From a virus (taxonomy: Duplodnaviria; Heunggongvirae; Uroviricota; Caudoviricetes): DNA of 16,756 bases. How positions within the stretch are numbered: position 1 is the stretch's first letter; every line of letters begins with the position of its first letter. Of the stretch, positions 7,127-14,871 are shown in pieces. The notes under the pieces were generated by a model, which ran no database searches, was not told the origin of the DNA, and saw nothing but the letters and a program-made list of their open reading frames with translations. A program made the position numbers and the translations under genes. Location of the stretch: IMG/VR virus record IMGVR_UViG_2703719347_000008, one strand, 5' to 3'.

Positions 7127-8107
7127 ATGAGAGCACTACTAACCCCTGAGATTGCCCCACGCATGGGCGTTGTTCTGCTTCGCCCAGGTGCTGATCTCAT
7201 GCCGATGTTCAGGAGAGGGCGGGTACTGATTGAGCCTGCACCGGAAAAATACAGCGACTATGCAACCGGCGTCATTCCTCCCGCTACGCAGCCACTGGCA
7301 GAAGACCCAGTTTTGATACCAGTACTCGAAAACAAAGACGTCATTCTGCGCGCGGGTGGTATTAGCTCGCTGGAGGCCGAGCTGGAGCGTCGTTTTGAAT
7401 GCCAGTATCCCCACGGCTCATGGCACAGCGAAAATTTTACGCTGTTCCGGCATGAGCCTGGCAGCATCCGCCTTTGCTGGGCCTGCGATAACCTGCTGCG
7501 TGATCAGTACACAGAGACGCTGGCAGGCATTGCGCGTGAGAACCTGGTATCCTGGCTGATAACGGTCATCCGCTCACAGCTGGGGTTCAACGAAGACCAT
7601 CAACTGACGATCCCGGAGTTGTGCTGGTGGCTGGTGATAAACAATCTGGCGCACGTCATCCCTGAATCGCTGGCCCGGAAAGCCCTGCGATTGCCGGAAA
7701 TAAAGCATCAACCAGTGATGAAGGAGAGCGATATTGTGCCGGAGCCAGCGGCGAGCGAAGTGGTACAGAAAAAGATTCTCGGTCTTCGCGTAGATCCTGA
7801 AACGCCGGAATCATTCATGCTGCGACCAAAGCGCCGCCGCTGGGTAAACGAGAGCTGGACGCGCTGGGTTAAGTCCCAGCAGTGTGTCTGCTGTAACAAA
7901 CCAGCAGATGATCCCCATCACCTGATAGGCCACGGACAAGGTGGAATGGGAACAAAAGCGCATGACCTGTTTGTGTTGCCGCTTTGCAGAGCACATCACG
8001 ACGAGTTGCACGCTGACACCGTGGCATTTGAGGAGAAGTACGGCTCACAGCTTGAGCTGCTGTTTCGATTTCTGGATCGTTCGCTGGCAATTGGCGTGCT
8101 GGCATAG
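7127..8107 (+). CDS. DUF968-domain protein (Cys/His-rich HNH-like C-terminus; YdfU/NinH-region type)
   Basis: 326 aa; C-terminal CVCCNKPADDPHHLIGHGQGG...LPLCRAHHDELH is the Cys/His cluster typical of the DUF968 family found between the nin region and Q in lambdoid prophages. Confidence 0.65.
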   Translation: MRALLTPEIAPRMGVVLLRPGADLMPMFRRGRVLIEPAPEKYSDYATGVIPPATQPLAEDPVLIPVLENKDVILRAGGISSLEAELERRFECQYPHGSWHSENFTLFRHEPGSIRLCWACDNLLRDQYTETLAGIARENLVSWLITVIRSQLGFNEDHQLTIPELCWWLVINNLAHVIPESLARKALRLPEIKHQPVMKESDIVPEPAASEVVQKKILGLRVDPETPESFMLRPKRRRWVNESWTRWVKSQQCVCCNKPADDPHHLIGHGQGGMGTKAHDLFVLPLCRAHHDELHADTVAFEEKYGSQLELLFRFLDRSLAIGVLA

Positions 8108-8120
8108 TGGAGAACGCATA

Positions 8121-8699
8121 ATGATTAACCCGTCCGAGGTTGGAAAAGCTGGTGAAATGGTCAGGCTGAAAACGCTGGAGGCCATCTGGATTCAGGGGAA
8201 GCTGCGCATGTGGGGCCGCTGGTCTTACATCGGCGGCGGTAGTGGCGGCAATATGTTTAACCAGTTACTGGCTTCCGGGAAAGTCACTAAAACAGCCATC
8301 AACGAAGCATTACGCCGGATGAAGAAGTCTGGCATCTCGAAGCCTGAGCTTGAGGCGTTTTTTCGTGAAATACTCGCGGGGAAAAACAAAAGCGGCCTGG
8401 CCTTCTGTACAGACGATGAAGGACTGCTGATTGATAAGGTACTGGGGGCAGTCCTTATTACGGGTGGTCACAAAGAGCTGTATCACCTGCTGGTGGAGCA
8501 TTACCGGTTACGGAAGAGCAAACGCCGCATAGCGGAAGAGCTCTATGAAAAGCATCCTGACTGGTGCTTTATGACCTGTAGGAGAAGAGTTGATGCATGG
8601 ATAAGTTTGGCAGAATCGATGCTGTACGCACCAATGTGTGACGCATTCGGCACAAATCGCGACAGATTTTACTTGCAAAGTGAGCCAGAAACTGCTTGA
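8121..8699 (+). CDS. Q: Late-gene antiterminator Q (P22 gp23-like family)
   Basis: ATG at 8121 with GGAG 8 nt upstream (track ORF 7941 is an in-frame upstream extension overlapping DUF968); WGRW...CTDDEGLLID...YHLLVEHY resembles the WGAW...CCDDDAMII...LHDLLVDYY pattern of P22 gp23; sits just upstream of a terminator and the lysis cassette. Confidence 0.6.
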   Translation: MINPSEVGKAGEMVRLKTLEAIWIQGKLRMWGRWSYIGGGSGGNMFNQLLASGKVTKTAINEALRRMKKSGISKPELEAFFREILAGKNKSGLAFCTDDEGLLIDKVLGAVLITGGHKELYHLLVEHYRLRKSKRRIAEELYEKHPDWCFMTCRRRVDAWISLAESMLYAPMCDAFGTNRDRFYLQSEPETA

Positions 8700-8750
8700 A
8701 TTGTGATAGGCTCGGGACGTTAAAGCGAACTGAGCAGCAGAACAAAACAT

Positions 8751-8781
8751 AAACCCGCCAATGAGCGGGTTTTTTTATTTT
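8751..8781. terminator. Bidirectional rho-independent terminator (tR'-like for Q side; also terminates the convergent minus-strand gene)
   Basis: Stem ACCCGC (8753-8758) / GCGGGT (8765-8770) with 6-nt loop, flanked by an A-rich run upstream and TTTTTTATTTT (8771-8781) downstream; lies between the two convergent genes. Confidence 0.65.
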
Positions 8782-9371
8782 ACTAACTGAGCAATCATTG
8801 ATTGATAAGCACAATAGGAACCATAAGCAAATATGAAGATGGAACCGGCGCCGCATATACAAGCTACAGCATTTATTGTATGCCCGAGCCAAAGATAAAA
8901 TTTTTTGGTTCCAAGATATGATGATGCGAAGCAGCACTGTGAGAAATAGGATAAGCCCGAACAAAGTCCGGCCAGAACGACTCCTCCACAGAAAAGATAG
9001 AGAGCTGATGCGATAGCAGACGCAGCTTCAGCTGAGGAATTCTTGTTCCAAATATTTCCTAAAAAAGCCAACAGAGCGATTGCTGCACCTCCATTCATTA
9101 TTAGAAATGTTCTGCAAGCATTCGCACCAATACTGATAGCAGCTTTGAAAGACTCTATTTGAAAGCTATTTTCAATTTTCATTATTTCCAATTGGGTGGA
9201 GTTTTGATGTTTAATCCCTTCGAGAGTTAAAGCATTAGCCTCTGGCTGCTCTGTCACATCTATTTCTGAAAGATAGTGAAGTAAATTATCGACCGGGATG
9301 GTTTCTGAACCTTGTTGCTTTACATCACTTACATCTTTTTTGATCAATTCCAAAAGTTCTGAACTGGTCAT
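8775..9371 (-). CDS. Hypothetical membrane protein (N-terminal soluble domain, about 3 C-terminal TM helices); AT-rich moron
   Basis: ATG at 9371 preceded by GGAGCAAGAA (track's 9440 start is TTG with no Shine-Dalgarno); C-terminal hydrophobic stretches IALLAFLGNIW, ASALYLFCGGVVLAGL, AVACICGAGSIFIFAYG; about 35-40% GC by spot count of one 60-nt line against 55-60% in neighbours; antisense to the late transcript. Confidence 0.6.
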   Translation of the reverse strand: MTSSELLELIKKDVSDVKQQGSETIPVDNLLHYLSEIDVTEQPEANALTLEGIKHQNSTQLEIMKIENSFQIESFKAAISIGANACRTFLIMNGGAAIALLAFLGNIWNKNSSAEAASAIASALYLFCGGVVLAGLCSGLSYFSQCCFASSYLGTKKFYLWLGHTINAVACICGAGSIFIFAYGSYCAYQSMIAQLVK

Positions 9372-9500
9372 TTCTTGCTCCAGTGTTAAATCGAACGTAA
9401 AGATCCTAAGTATACCCTTAGAAGTACATACGGTATTCAAGTAAATAGAATTTATCTTTCCCCTCGATTGAGAGGACTCACAGCAAAAAGAGGGGGCTAA

Positions 9501-9896
9501 ATGTCCGATCCTGTTTCTGGCACAACGGTAGCTGCTGGCGGGCTGATGGGGGCCAGTATGTTCGGCCTTGCAACTGGCATTGATTATGGCGTGGTATTTG
9601 GTGCGTTCGCTGGGGCAGTGTTCTATGTCGCGACGGCGGTAAATATCAGCCGCCTAAAGCTGGTGGGCTACTTCATAACTTCATTCATCTTCGGTGTGAT
9701 TGGTGCTCCTCTGCTGGGGTCTTACTTCTCAAAGTGGACGGGGTACAGTGACAGGCCGCTTGATGCTCTCGGTGCTGTAATCGTTGCAGCAATAGCCATT
9801 AAATTGCTGACGTTCGTTAACAGTCAGGATCTGGGTAGCCTGTTTGGGATTCTCTCTCGCTTACGTGGAGGAGGGACAAGCAATGGTAACAAGTGA
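9501..9896 (+). CDS. Putative holin (multi-TM, Gly-rich)
   Basis: First gene after Q region; GAGGGGG Shine-Dalgarno; 131 aa with at least 3 hydrophobic helices and a charged C-terminal tail; immediately upstream of the endolysin. Confidence 0.55.
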   Translation: MSDPVSGTTVAAGGLMGASMFGLATGIDYGVVFGAFAGAVFYVATAVNISRLKLVGYFITSFIFGVIGAPLLGSYFSKWTGYSDRPLDALGAVIVAAIAIKLLTFVNSQDLGSLFGILSRLRGGGTSNGNK

Positions 9897-10164
9897 TCCG
9901 AGCGCAATCGTCAATGCGGTGATATGCGCTGTAATTGTTGGTGCGTTGATGTTCTACCGGCGCGACGGGTCAAGACACCGCCCCATGATATCGCTGATGG
10001 CTTACTTCACTGTGCTGGTTTATGCCAGCATCCCTTTCCGTTTCCTGTTTGGCTTGTACGAGTCATCCCACTGGCTGGTGGTACTGGCAAACATTCTTAT
10101 CTGCGGCGCGGTTCTCTGGTTCAGGGGGAATATAGCGCGTCTGGTTGATGCACTGAGGCACTAA
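9883..10164 (+). CDS. Second holin-like small membrane protein (holin/antiholin partner candidate)
   Basis: ATG at 9883 preceded by GGAGGAGGG; 93 aa with three hydrophobic segments; overlaps the first holin stop by 14 nt and its TAA overlaps the endolysin ATG (TAATG). Confidence 0.5.
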   Translation: MVTSDPSAIVNAVICAVIVGALMFYRRDGSRHRPMISLMAYFTVLVYASIPFRFLFGLYESSHWLVVLANILICGAVLWFRGNIARLVDALRH

Positions 10165-10793
10165 TGAATCAAACACAATTCCAGAAGGCGGCTGGTATCA
10201 GCGCCGGGTTAGCTGCGCGCTGGTTTCCGCACTTTACAGCCGCGATGAAAGAGTTTGGCATCACTTCCGCTATCGACCAGGCAATGTTCATTGCTCAGTG
10301 CGGCCATGAAAGCCTCGGGTTTAACAGGGTAGTGGAGAATTTCAACTACAGCATCGCCGGGCTTGCTGATTTTGTTCGTTACGGCAGGTTAACGCAGGAT
10401 CAGGCCAATTCCCTCGGGCGCAGCCAGTCGGAAACTGTGTTACCTCTGGAGCGCCAGCGGGCTATCGCCAACATTGTCTATAGCAAGCGGTTGGGTAACA
10501 GCAGGGCAACTGATGGATGGGTTTATAGAGGGCGCGGACTTATTCAAATAACCGGACTTTCTAATTACAGGGACTGCGGCAACGGGCTGAAGGTTGATCT
10601 GGTGGCACAGCCAGAATTACTGGAGCAGTCCTCCTACGCAGCCCGTAGTGCAGCATGGTTCTATGTCTCAAAAGGTTGCTTGAAATATCCGGGTGATCTT
10701 GTCCGGGTCACGAAGATTATAAACGGCGGACAAAACGGGATTAATAACCGGCGCGCTCGCTTCCTGAAAGCAAAATCGGTACTGGTGGTGTGA
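10164..10793 (+). CDS. Endolysin, glycoside hydrolase family 19 (chitinase class I-like lysozyme)
   Basis: FIAQCGHESLGF catalytic Glu region and YRGRGLIQITG motif are the GH19 signature; position within the lysis cassette. Confidence 0.85.
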   Translation: MNQTQFQKAAGISAGLAARWFPHFTAAMKEFGITSAIDQAMFIAQCGHESLGFNRVVENFNYSIAGLADFVRYGRLTQDQANSLGRSQSETVLPLERQRAIANIVYSKRLGNSRATDGWVYRGRGLIQITGLSNYRDCGNGLKVDLVAQPELLEQSSYAARSAAWFYVSKGCLKYPGDLVRVTKIINGGQNGINNRRARFLKAKSVLVV

Positions 10794-10794
10794 C

Positions 10795-11103
10795 ATGCAA
10801 CTGAAAATATGTGTGGTCGCTTTTGCGCTTCTTCTTTCTGCGTGTGATGCCAGCCCTGAACCTGCCAAATCGACTATGGCTGTATCATCCCAACTTTCTG
10901 CAGATGCAGACCGGATTAGCGTGACAAAAATGTCTGAGTTCCGCGATGGGCTTGCATATGGAAATTGGCGGGGTGTTTATCTCATTCAGGATAAGCAGAC
11001 CGGACAGGAATACATCGGTATCAGCGGTATTGGGATTTCCGAGGTAGGTTCGCATAGCCAGATGGTTGGCAAGGTTCCGCAATCAGTAAGGGATGAACGA
11101 TGA
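10795..11103 (+). CDS. Lipoprotein of unknown function in the lysis cassette (predicted inner-membrane retained)
   Basis: Signal peptide MQLKICVVAFALLLSAC with canonical lipobox L-S-A-C and Asp at +2 (CDAS); start is 2 nt after the endolysin stop; ATGA overlap with the next gene. Confidence 0.6.
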   Translation: MQLKICVVAFALLLSACDASPEPAKSTMAVSSQLSADADRISVTKMSEFRDGLAYGNWRGVYLIQDKQTGQEYIGISGIGISEVGSHSQMVGKVPQSVRDER

Positions 11104-11375
11104 GCTTAGAAATTATTGCTGGGCTGGTGGTCGTAATCCTGGGCACTATCGCTGGTGCATTCGGCATTGGTCACGCTCGCGGGACCAATAAGGCGGAAGC
11201 CAAAGCCGATCAGCAACGTACCGAAGAAAACGCCGCCGCCACCATCGCCGCGGCAGAACGTAAGGCGGAAGTTGTGAAAGGGGCCAGTAATGTACAGCAG
11301 ACTGTTAGCCATATGCCTGATGACGATGTTGATCGGGAGCTGCGCGAAAAGTTTACCCGCCCCGGTAGTCGTTGA
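11100..11375 (+). CDS. i-spanin-like protein (Rz-like; N-terminal TM plus charged periplasmic helix)
   Basis: N-terminal TM LEIIAGLVVVILGTIAGAFGIG followed by Ala/Lys/Glu-rich segment; 3' end overlapped in +1 frame by a lipoprotein gene, the classic Rz/Rz1 arrangement. Only 91 aa, shorter than typical Rz. Confidence 0.5.
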   Translation: MSLEIIAGLVVVILGTIAGAFGIGHARGTNKAEAKADQQRTEENAAATIAAAERKAEVVKGASNVQQTVSHMPDDDVDRELREKFTRPGSR

Positions 11376-11508
11376 TACGGCCTGCAGCTGGGTTCGCATT
11401 ATCTACCTGACCGACCACGATATCGACGTGCTGGATAGGCAGACCAAGCGCGACATTCTAACCCACAACAGAACAGTTAAAAGAAACTGTAACCAACTAA
11501 AAATGTGA
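11290..11508 (+). CDS. o-spanin-like outer-membrane lipoprotein (Rz1-like)
   Basis: Signal peptide with lipobox LIGSC followed by Ala at +2 (outer-membrane sorting), Pro-containing mature region with Cys residues; overlaps the i-spanin-like gene out of frame; AAAGGGG Shine-Dalgarno. Confidence 0.45.
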   Translation: MYSRLLAICLMTMLIGSCAKSLPAPVVVDTACSWVRIIYLTDHDIDVLDRQTKRDILTHNRTVKRNCNQLKM

Positions 11509-11520
11509 CGCAAGTCCCAA

Positions 11521-11597
11521 TTATCCATTGCGTTGCTAAGTGTTACAAAATCCATTGAATTATGATGTGTGTTTACACTCACATAGCAATGGATATT
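11521..11597. promoter_or_regulatory. Repeat-flanked promoter region of the AT-rich four-gene cassette
   Basis: TTATCCATTGC (11521-11531), ATCCATTGA (11550-11558) and inverted copy GCAATGGATAT (11587-11597) bracket candidate -35/-10 elements (TTTACA 11572-11577, 17-bp spacer, ATTTAT 11595-11600) immediately before the first cassette gene. Confidence 0.35.
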
Positions 11598-11598
11598 T

Positions 11599-12213
11599 AT
11601 GGCTACTTACAAATATTATAATATACAGATGCTACCTCTAACCAATAGTAAAAAACATATTGGTAAAGAGGGTTATATTAAATTATTCCAGCATCTGGGA
11701 GACAAACTTCGCAAAGTTTTGTCATCGGAAGGTGATTTAAGAAATATCGCTGTTCCATTGAGGAATGATTTCTTTTTTGCTCCGTATGAAATAAATGCTA
11801 GAGAGGACATGGTTTATGGTCGTTTTTTAAAGTTTGACAAGGTAGATGTTGTTAGAAAAACTATTAGCAGAGTTCAGACTTATGCAGCTGGTTTTGGCGA
11901 GTCTAGTAAGATTTATGAGTATAGGTTTGTATTTGATCCTGTATTGCATATCCTTGCTATCGAAGATAGCCCTTCATTACCTAGCGCAAGTGTTTTATAT
12001 AAGGTGCTTAATGAGGTGTTTAAAGATGCGCGCAGGAAATTATATCCATCCTTTCGCATGAGTGTTGATGAATTAACATCTTCTGCTAGTCTAGATAATG
12101 TTATAAAAGAGTCTAAAGGATATTATTCCTTTAAAACAGAAATAACTTTCTCTAACTCTAATGATTTTATTGAAGGACTAGAAGAATTGCTAGAGGGGTT
12201 GAGGCTGAAATGA
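11599..12213 (+). CDS. Hypothetical cytoplasmic protein (204 aa), cassette gene A
   Basis: AT-rich ORF (about 28-30% GC by spot count of one 60-nt line); no Walker, HEPN, nuclease or HTH motif recognisable; stop overlaps the start of gene B (ATGA). Confidence 0.6.
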   Translation: MATYKYYNIQMLPLTNSKKHIGKEGYIKLFQHLGDKLRKVLSSEGDLRNIAVPLRNDFFFAPYEINAREDMVYGRFLKFDKVDVVRKTISRVQTYAAGFGESSKIYEYRFVFDPVLHILAIEDSPSLPSASVLYKVLNEVFKDARRKLYPSFRMSVDELTSSASLDNVIKESKGYYSFKTEITFSNSNDFIEGLEELLEGLRLK

Positions 12214-12533
12214 AAGATAAAGGGATTGATAAGCTGGAGCATAAAGAGTCATCAGACAAAGACTCAATAATGACTGACGTTAGTACAATCGCGTTGGTTT
12301 ATGCAGGTTTATCATGCAAGTTTGGGAATACTGAAATATCTTATAAAGACAAAAGCAATAAGAAAAAAGTTTTCAAAATGGCCGATTATCCTGTAAGAAA
12401 ACGTGTGTCTGAGTCTATGAAAAAAAGGGCATCAATTTTAGACTATTATTATGATGTGAAAAACACAATTAATGCAGCTAATAATGAGTCCAGAACAGGA
12501 AGTGGATTGCTAAAGAAAATTAGAAAAGGATAG
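12210..12533 (+). CDS. Hypothetical Lys-rich small protein (107 aa), cassette gene B
   Basis: GAGG Shine-Dalgarno; translationally coupled to genes A and C (1-nt gap to C); one short hydrophobic segment TIALVYAGLSCKF. Confidence 0.55.
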   Translation: MKDKGIDKLEHKESSDKDSIMTDVSTIALVYAGLSCKFGNTEISYKDKSNKKKVFKMADYPVRKRVSESMKKRASILDYYYDVKNTINAANNESRTGSGLLKKIRKG

Positions 12534-12534
12534 T

Positions 12535-13164
12535 ATGATGAAAGTTGGTGGATGGGACATTAATCATGAGAATATACTTAAAATAATTAAGTCTATTCCA
12601 TATGTTGGTGCAATTTTTATCATTGCCAACTTTTATGCTAATTCTGGAGTTTTATCAGAAAGGAAGCGAATTGCAAATTTCAAAAATTGGGTGCGGAGGG
12701 TACTTTCTGGTGTTTTATTTACTTTTGTTTTAAGTTTGTTGATTGTGACATTTTTCAGAGATGGGCTTTACAATCCCAACTCAAACACTGCAGGTCTCGA
12801 CGCAACCCTTGTTGCTTTATCCATATTTCCGAGCATATTAGGTTTTGGCATTGGTGTGTTTGTTGTTGTTTTTGCCCTTCCGAATCAATTCATTGAGAAA
12901 ATAAATCTTATCAAACATAACGGTAAAAATAAAACATTTGGCGCATCGTTAATGGTTGTCGATATGGCTTATCCTCTAATGGTATATGCTGTTGTCCTGA
13001 TGGGTGAGTTTTTTCTGAAACTATTCCAGGTTGGGTTTATTACACATGTGTTGAGTATCTTTTTATTATTATATGGAATGCTGATGACTTTTGATTTAAT
13101 ATCTATGATTTTCATGACAGCGTATGCGCTTTTAGCTACGCAAGCATCAAGAAACCCTAAATAG
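12535..13164 (+). CDS. Hypothetical polytopic membrane protein (about 5 TM), cassette gene C
   Basis: AAAGGA Shine-Dalgarno; five long hydrophobic segments, e.g. VLSGVLFTFVLSLLIVTFF and ITHVLSIFLLLYGMLMTFDLISMIF; no known motif. Confidence 0.65.
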   Translation: MMKVGGWDINHENILKIIKSIPYVGAIFIIANFYANSGVLSERKRIANFKNWVRRVLSGVLFTFVLSLLIVTFFRDGLYNPNSNTAGLDATLVALSIFPSILGFGIGVFVVVFALPNQFIEKINLIKHNGKNKTFGASLMVVDMAYPLMVYAVVLMGEFFLKLFQVGFITHVLSIFLLLYGMLMTFDLISMIFMTAYALLATQASRNPK

Positions 13165-13297
13165 TAGTATTTTTAGTTCGTTCTTTGGCTCAATGATTTT
13201 GTCGATACAGCAGCCAAGTTCGATAACTAAAGTAATCAATAGAGAATCTTTGCAGTGTGTCAATAAAACGTAGGAAAGGTAAGTTAAGGCACTGCAG

Positions 13298-13733
13298 TAT
13301 GCAAATACTGGTTGTTTGTGATATGTTTAACTACTTGCACACAATCAGGTCGTTAAATATGGGCGAATATATAAGCGCTACTATTACTGGATTATGGGAA
13401 TGCTATTTGTCATGGTCCAAACAGAATCGAGAGCTAACATTATCCAAGTTGGAAGCGCTATCAAATTTATTGATAGATAATCGGGCCTACCTGAGGGATT
13501 TCGCACACCAAGGTGTTAAAGACGCTCAAAGGGAACTTGAACTTGCAAAGGAGTGGAGGCGTGTCGGTCTCTTGTTTCAAGATATTTCTCCTGAGTTGTC
13601 AGACATATGTGAGAAGAAATCAGACTACTGGATATATTCAGAACGATATACCAAGCAGAAAGTTAATGAGCTAGGGATAACAATAAGAAATCTCGAACAT
13701 AAGCTAAGAATGGCAAAGAAAAACCTTCTATAG
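13298..13733 (+). CDS. Hypothetical helical protein (145 aa), cassette gene D
   Basis: Same strand and AT-rich composition as A-C; ATG at 13298 preferred (AAGG upstream) over the track's GTG at 13257; followed by a strong terminator. Start uncertain. Confidence 0.5.
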
Positions 13734-13752
13734 AATCCCTTTGTAATTTATG

Positions 13753-13784
13753 AAAGCCACCTTTTAAACGGTGGCTTTTTTATT
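13753..13784 (+). terminator. Rho-independent terminator closing the AT-rich cassette
   Basis: Stem AGCCACC (13755-13761) / GGTGGCT (13770-13776) with 8-nt loop followed by TTTTTTATT. Confidence 0.7.
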
Positions 13785-13793
13785 GGAGTGAAT

Positions 13794-14084
13794 ATGGCGT
13801 CAAGTTCACCCTGGCATCATCTCTATAACACTAAACGGTGGTACCGGCTGCGTTATCACCAGCTTCAGAAGCAACCACTCTGCGAGTTTCACCTCAGGCG
13901 AAATCAGGTGATATCCGCAACCGTTGTTGATCACATCAAACCTCACAAGGGCGATGAAACCCTCTTCCACGACCCGAACAATCTTCAGTCGCTATGCAAG
14001 CGCTGCCACGACTCGGTTAAACAACGCATGGAGAAGGGCGGAACGGTTACCGAGTTCGACAATGAAGGCAGGGTTATCTGGTAA
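13794..14084 (+). CDS. HNH endonuclease (terminase-associated)
   Basis: ATG at 13794 with GGAG 6 nt upstream; motifs CEFHL...VDHIKPHKGD...NLQSLCKRCHDSVK are the HNH Cys/His pattern; located just upstream of small and large terminase genes as in HK97-like phages. Confidence 0.8.
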   Translation: MASSSPWHHLYNTKRWYRLRYHQLQKQPLCEFHLRRNQVISATVVDHIKPHKGDETLFHDPNNLQSLCKRCHDSVKQRMEKGGTVTEFDNEGRVIW

Positions 14085-14096
14085 CAGGAGCACGCA

Positions 14097-14306
14097 ATGC
14101 AAGACCTGAAGATTGAATACCAGGATGGCAAGCTGGTGGAGCTGAGCATTGATGGTATGAGCTTTCTTTCTGCATCCGCCATATCCTTCAGTCATACAGC
14201 AAAAGAGACGCTACCAACGATCATCCTGACAATGTCTGTCGGTGTCGGTGAGCGCCTGGTGTTACCCAGTCCTCCCCGTGAAAACCTGCGGATCATCGAG
14301 AAATGA
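14097..14306 (+). CDS. Hypothetical small protein (69 aa)
   Basis: AGGAG Shine-Dalgarno 7 nt upstream of ATG; no recognisable motif. Confidence 0.4.
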   Translation: MQDLKIEYQDGKLVELSIDGMSFLSASAISFSHTAKETLPTIILTMSVGVGERLVLPSPPRENLRIIEK

Positions 14307-14427
14307 TAGCTTTTCTCATTATCAGCCCGACAGGATGGGGGGAGGGGTAAAACTCTGGCCGCAATCGTAAAAAGACCGCGCCCCCAGTTTTCTTTTCAAA
14401 AACGTCCAGAAAAAAAGGAAAAAAGCG

Positions 14428-14862
14428 ATGGCACAGCGAGGCAGAAAATCTCTTGCCGCGACGACGGCTGTGTCGCTTCCGGCTCTGGCTGAAAGCAGGC
14501 TGCAGCCCTCGTTTCACCTTAGCGATCCAGAGATAAACGTTTGGATCAGACTGGTTAACGATAACCCGGCCAGCTCATTTACTGAAACACATCGCGACAT
14601 GATGGAAATGTACTGTCGGCATGTGGTGCAGGCGAGACTGTTAACCACTCAGATCGAGGAGTTTGAGCTGGAGTGGCTGGCTCGGGATGATGGGCTGAAG
14701 CGCTACGATAAATTGCTCACGATGCGCGAACGTGAAGTACGGTCTGCGTCTTCACTGGCAACGCGACTGCGTATCACCCGGCAGGCGACTGCTGATCCTA
14801 AAACAGTAGGACGCGCCAACAAAAATCTGCCGCGGGAGAAAAAACCCTGGGAAATTGAATAA
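14428..14862 (+). CDS. Terminase small subunit (P27-family type)
   Basis: 144-aa ORF directly upstream of the large terminase and downstream of HNH; AGGA Shine-Dalgarno; size and helical, charged composition fit P27-family TerS. Assignment rests largely on synteny. Confidence 0.65.
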   Translation: MAQRGRKSLAATTAVSLPALAESRLQPSFHLSDPEINVWIRLVNDNPASSFTETHRDMMEMYCRHVVQARLLTTQIEEFELEWLARDDGLKRYDKLLTMREREVRSASSLATRLRITRQATADPKTVGRANKNLPREKKPWEIE

Positions 14863-14871
14863 GGCTCTTCG

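Noticed and set aside
7941-8120. N-terminal extension of the Q ORF (track start 7941)
   Set aside because: Extension overlaps the DUF968 gene in another frame and has Cys/Trp-rich odd composition; ATG at 8121 has a proper GGAG Shine-Dalgarno.
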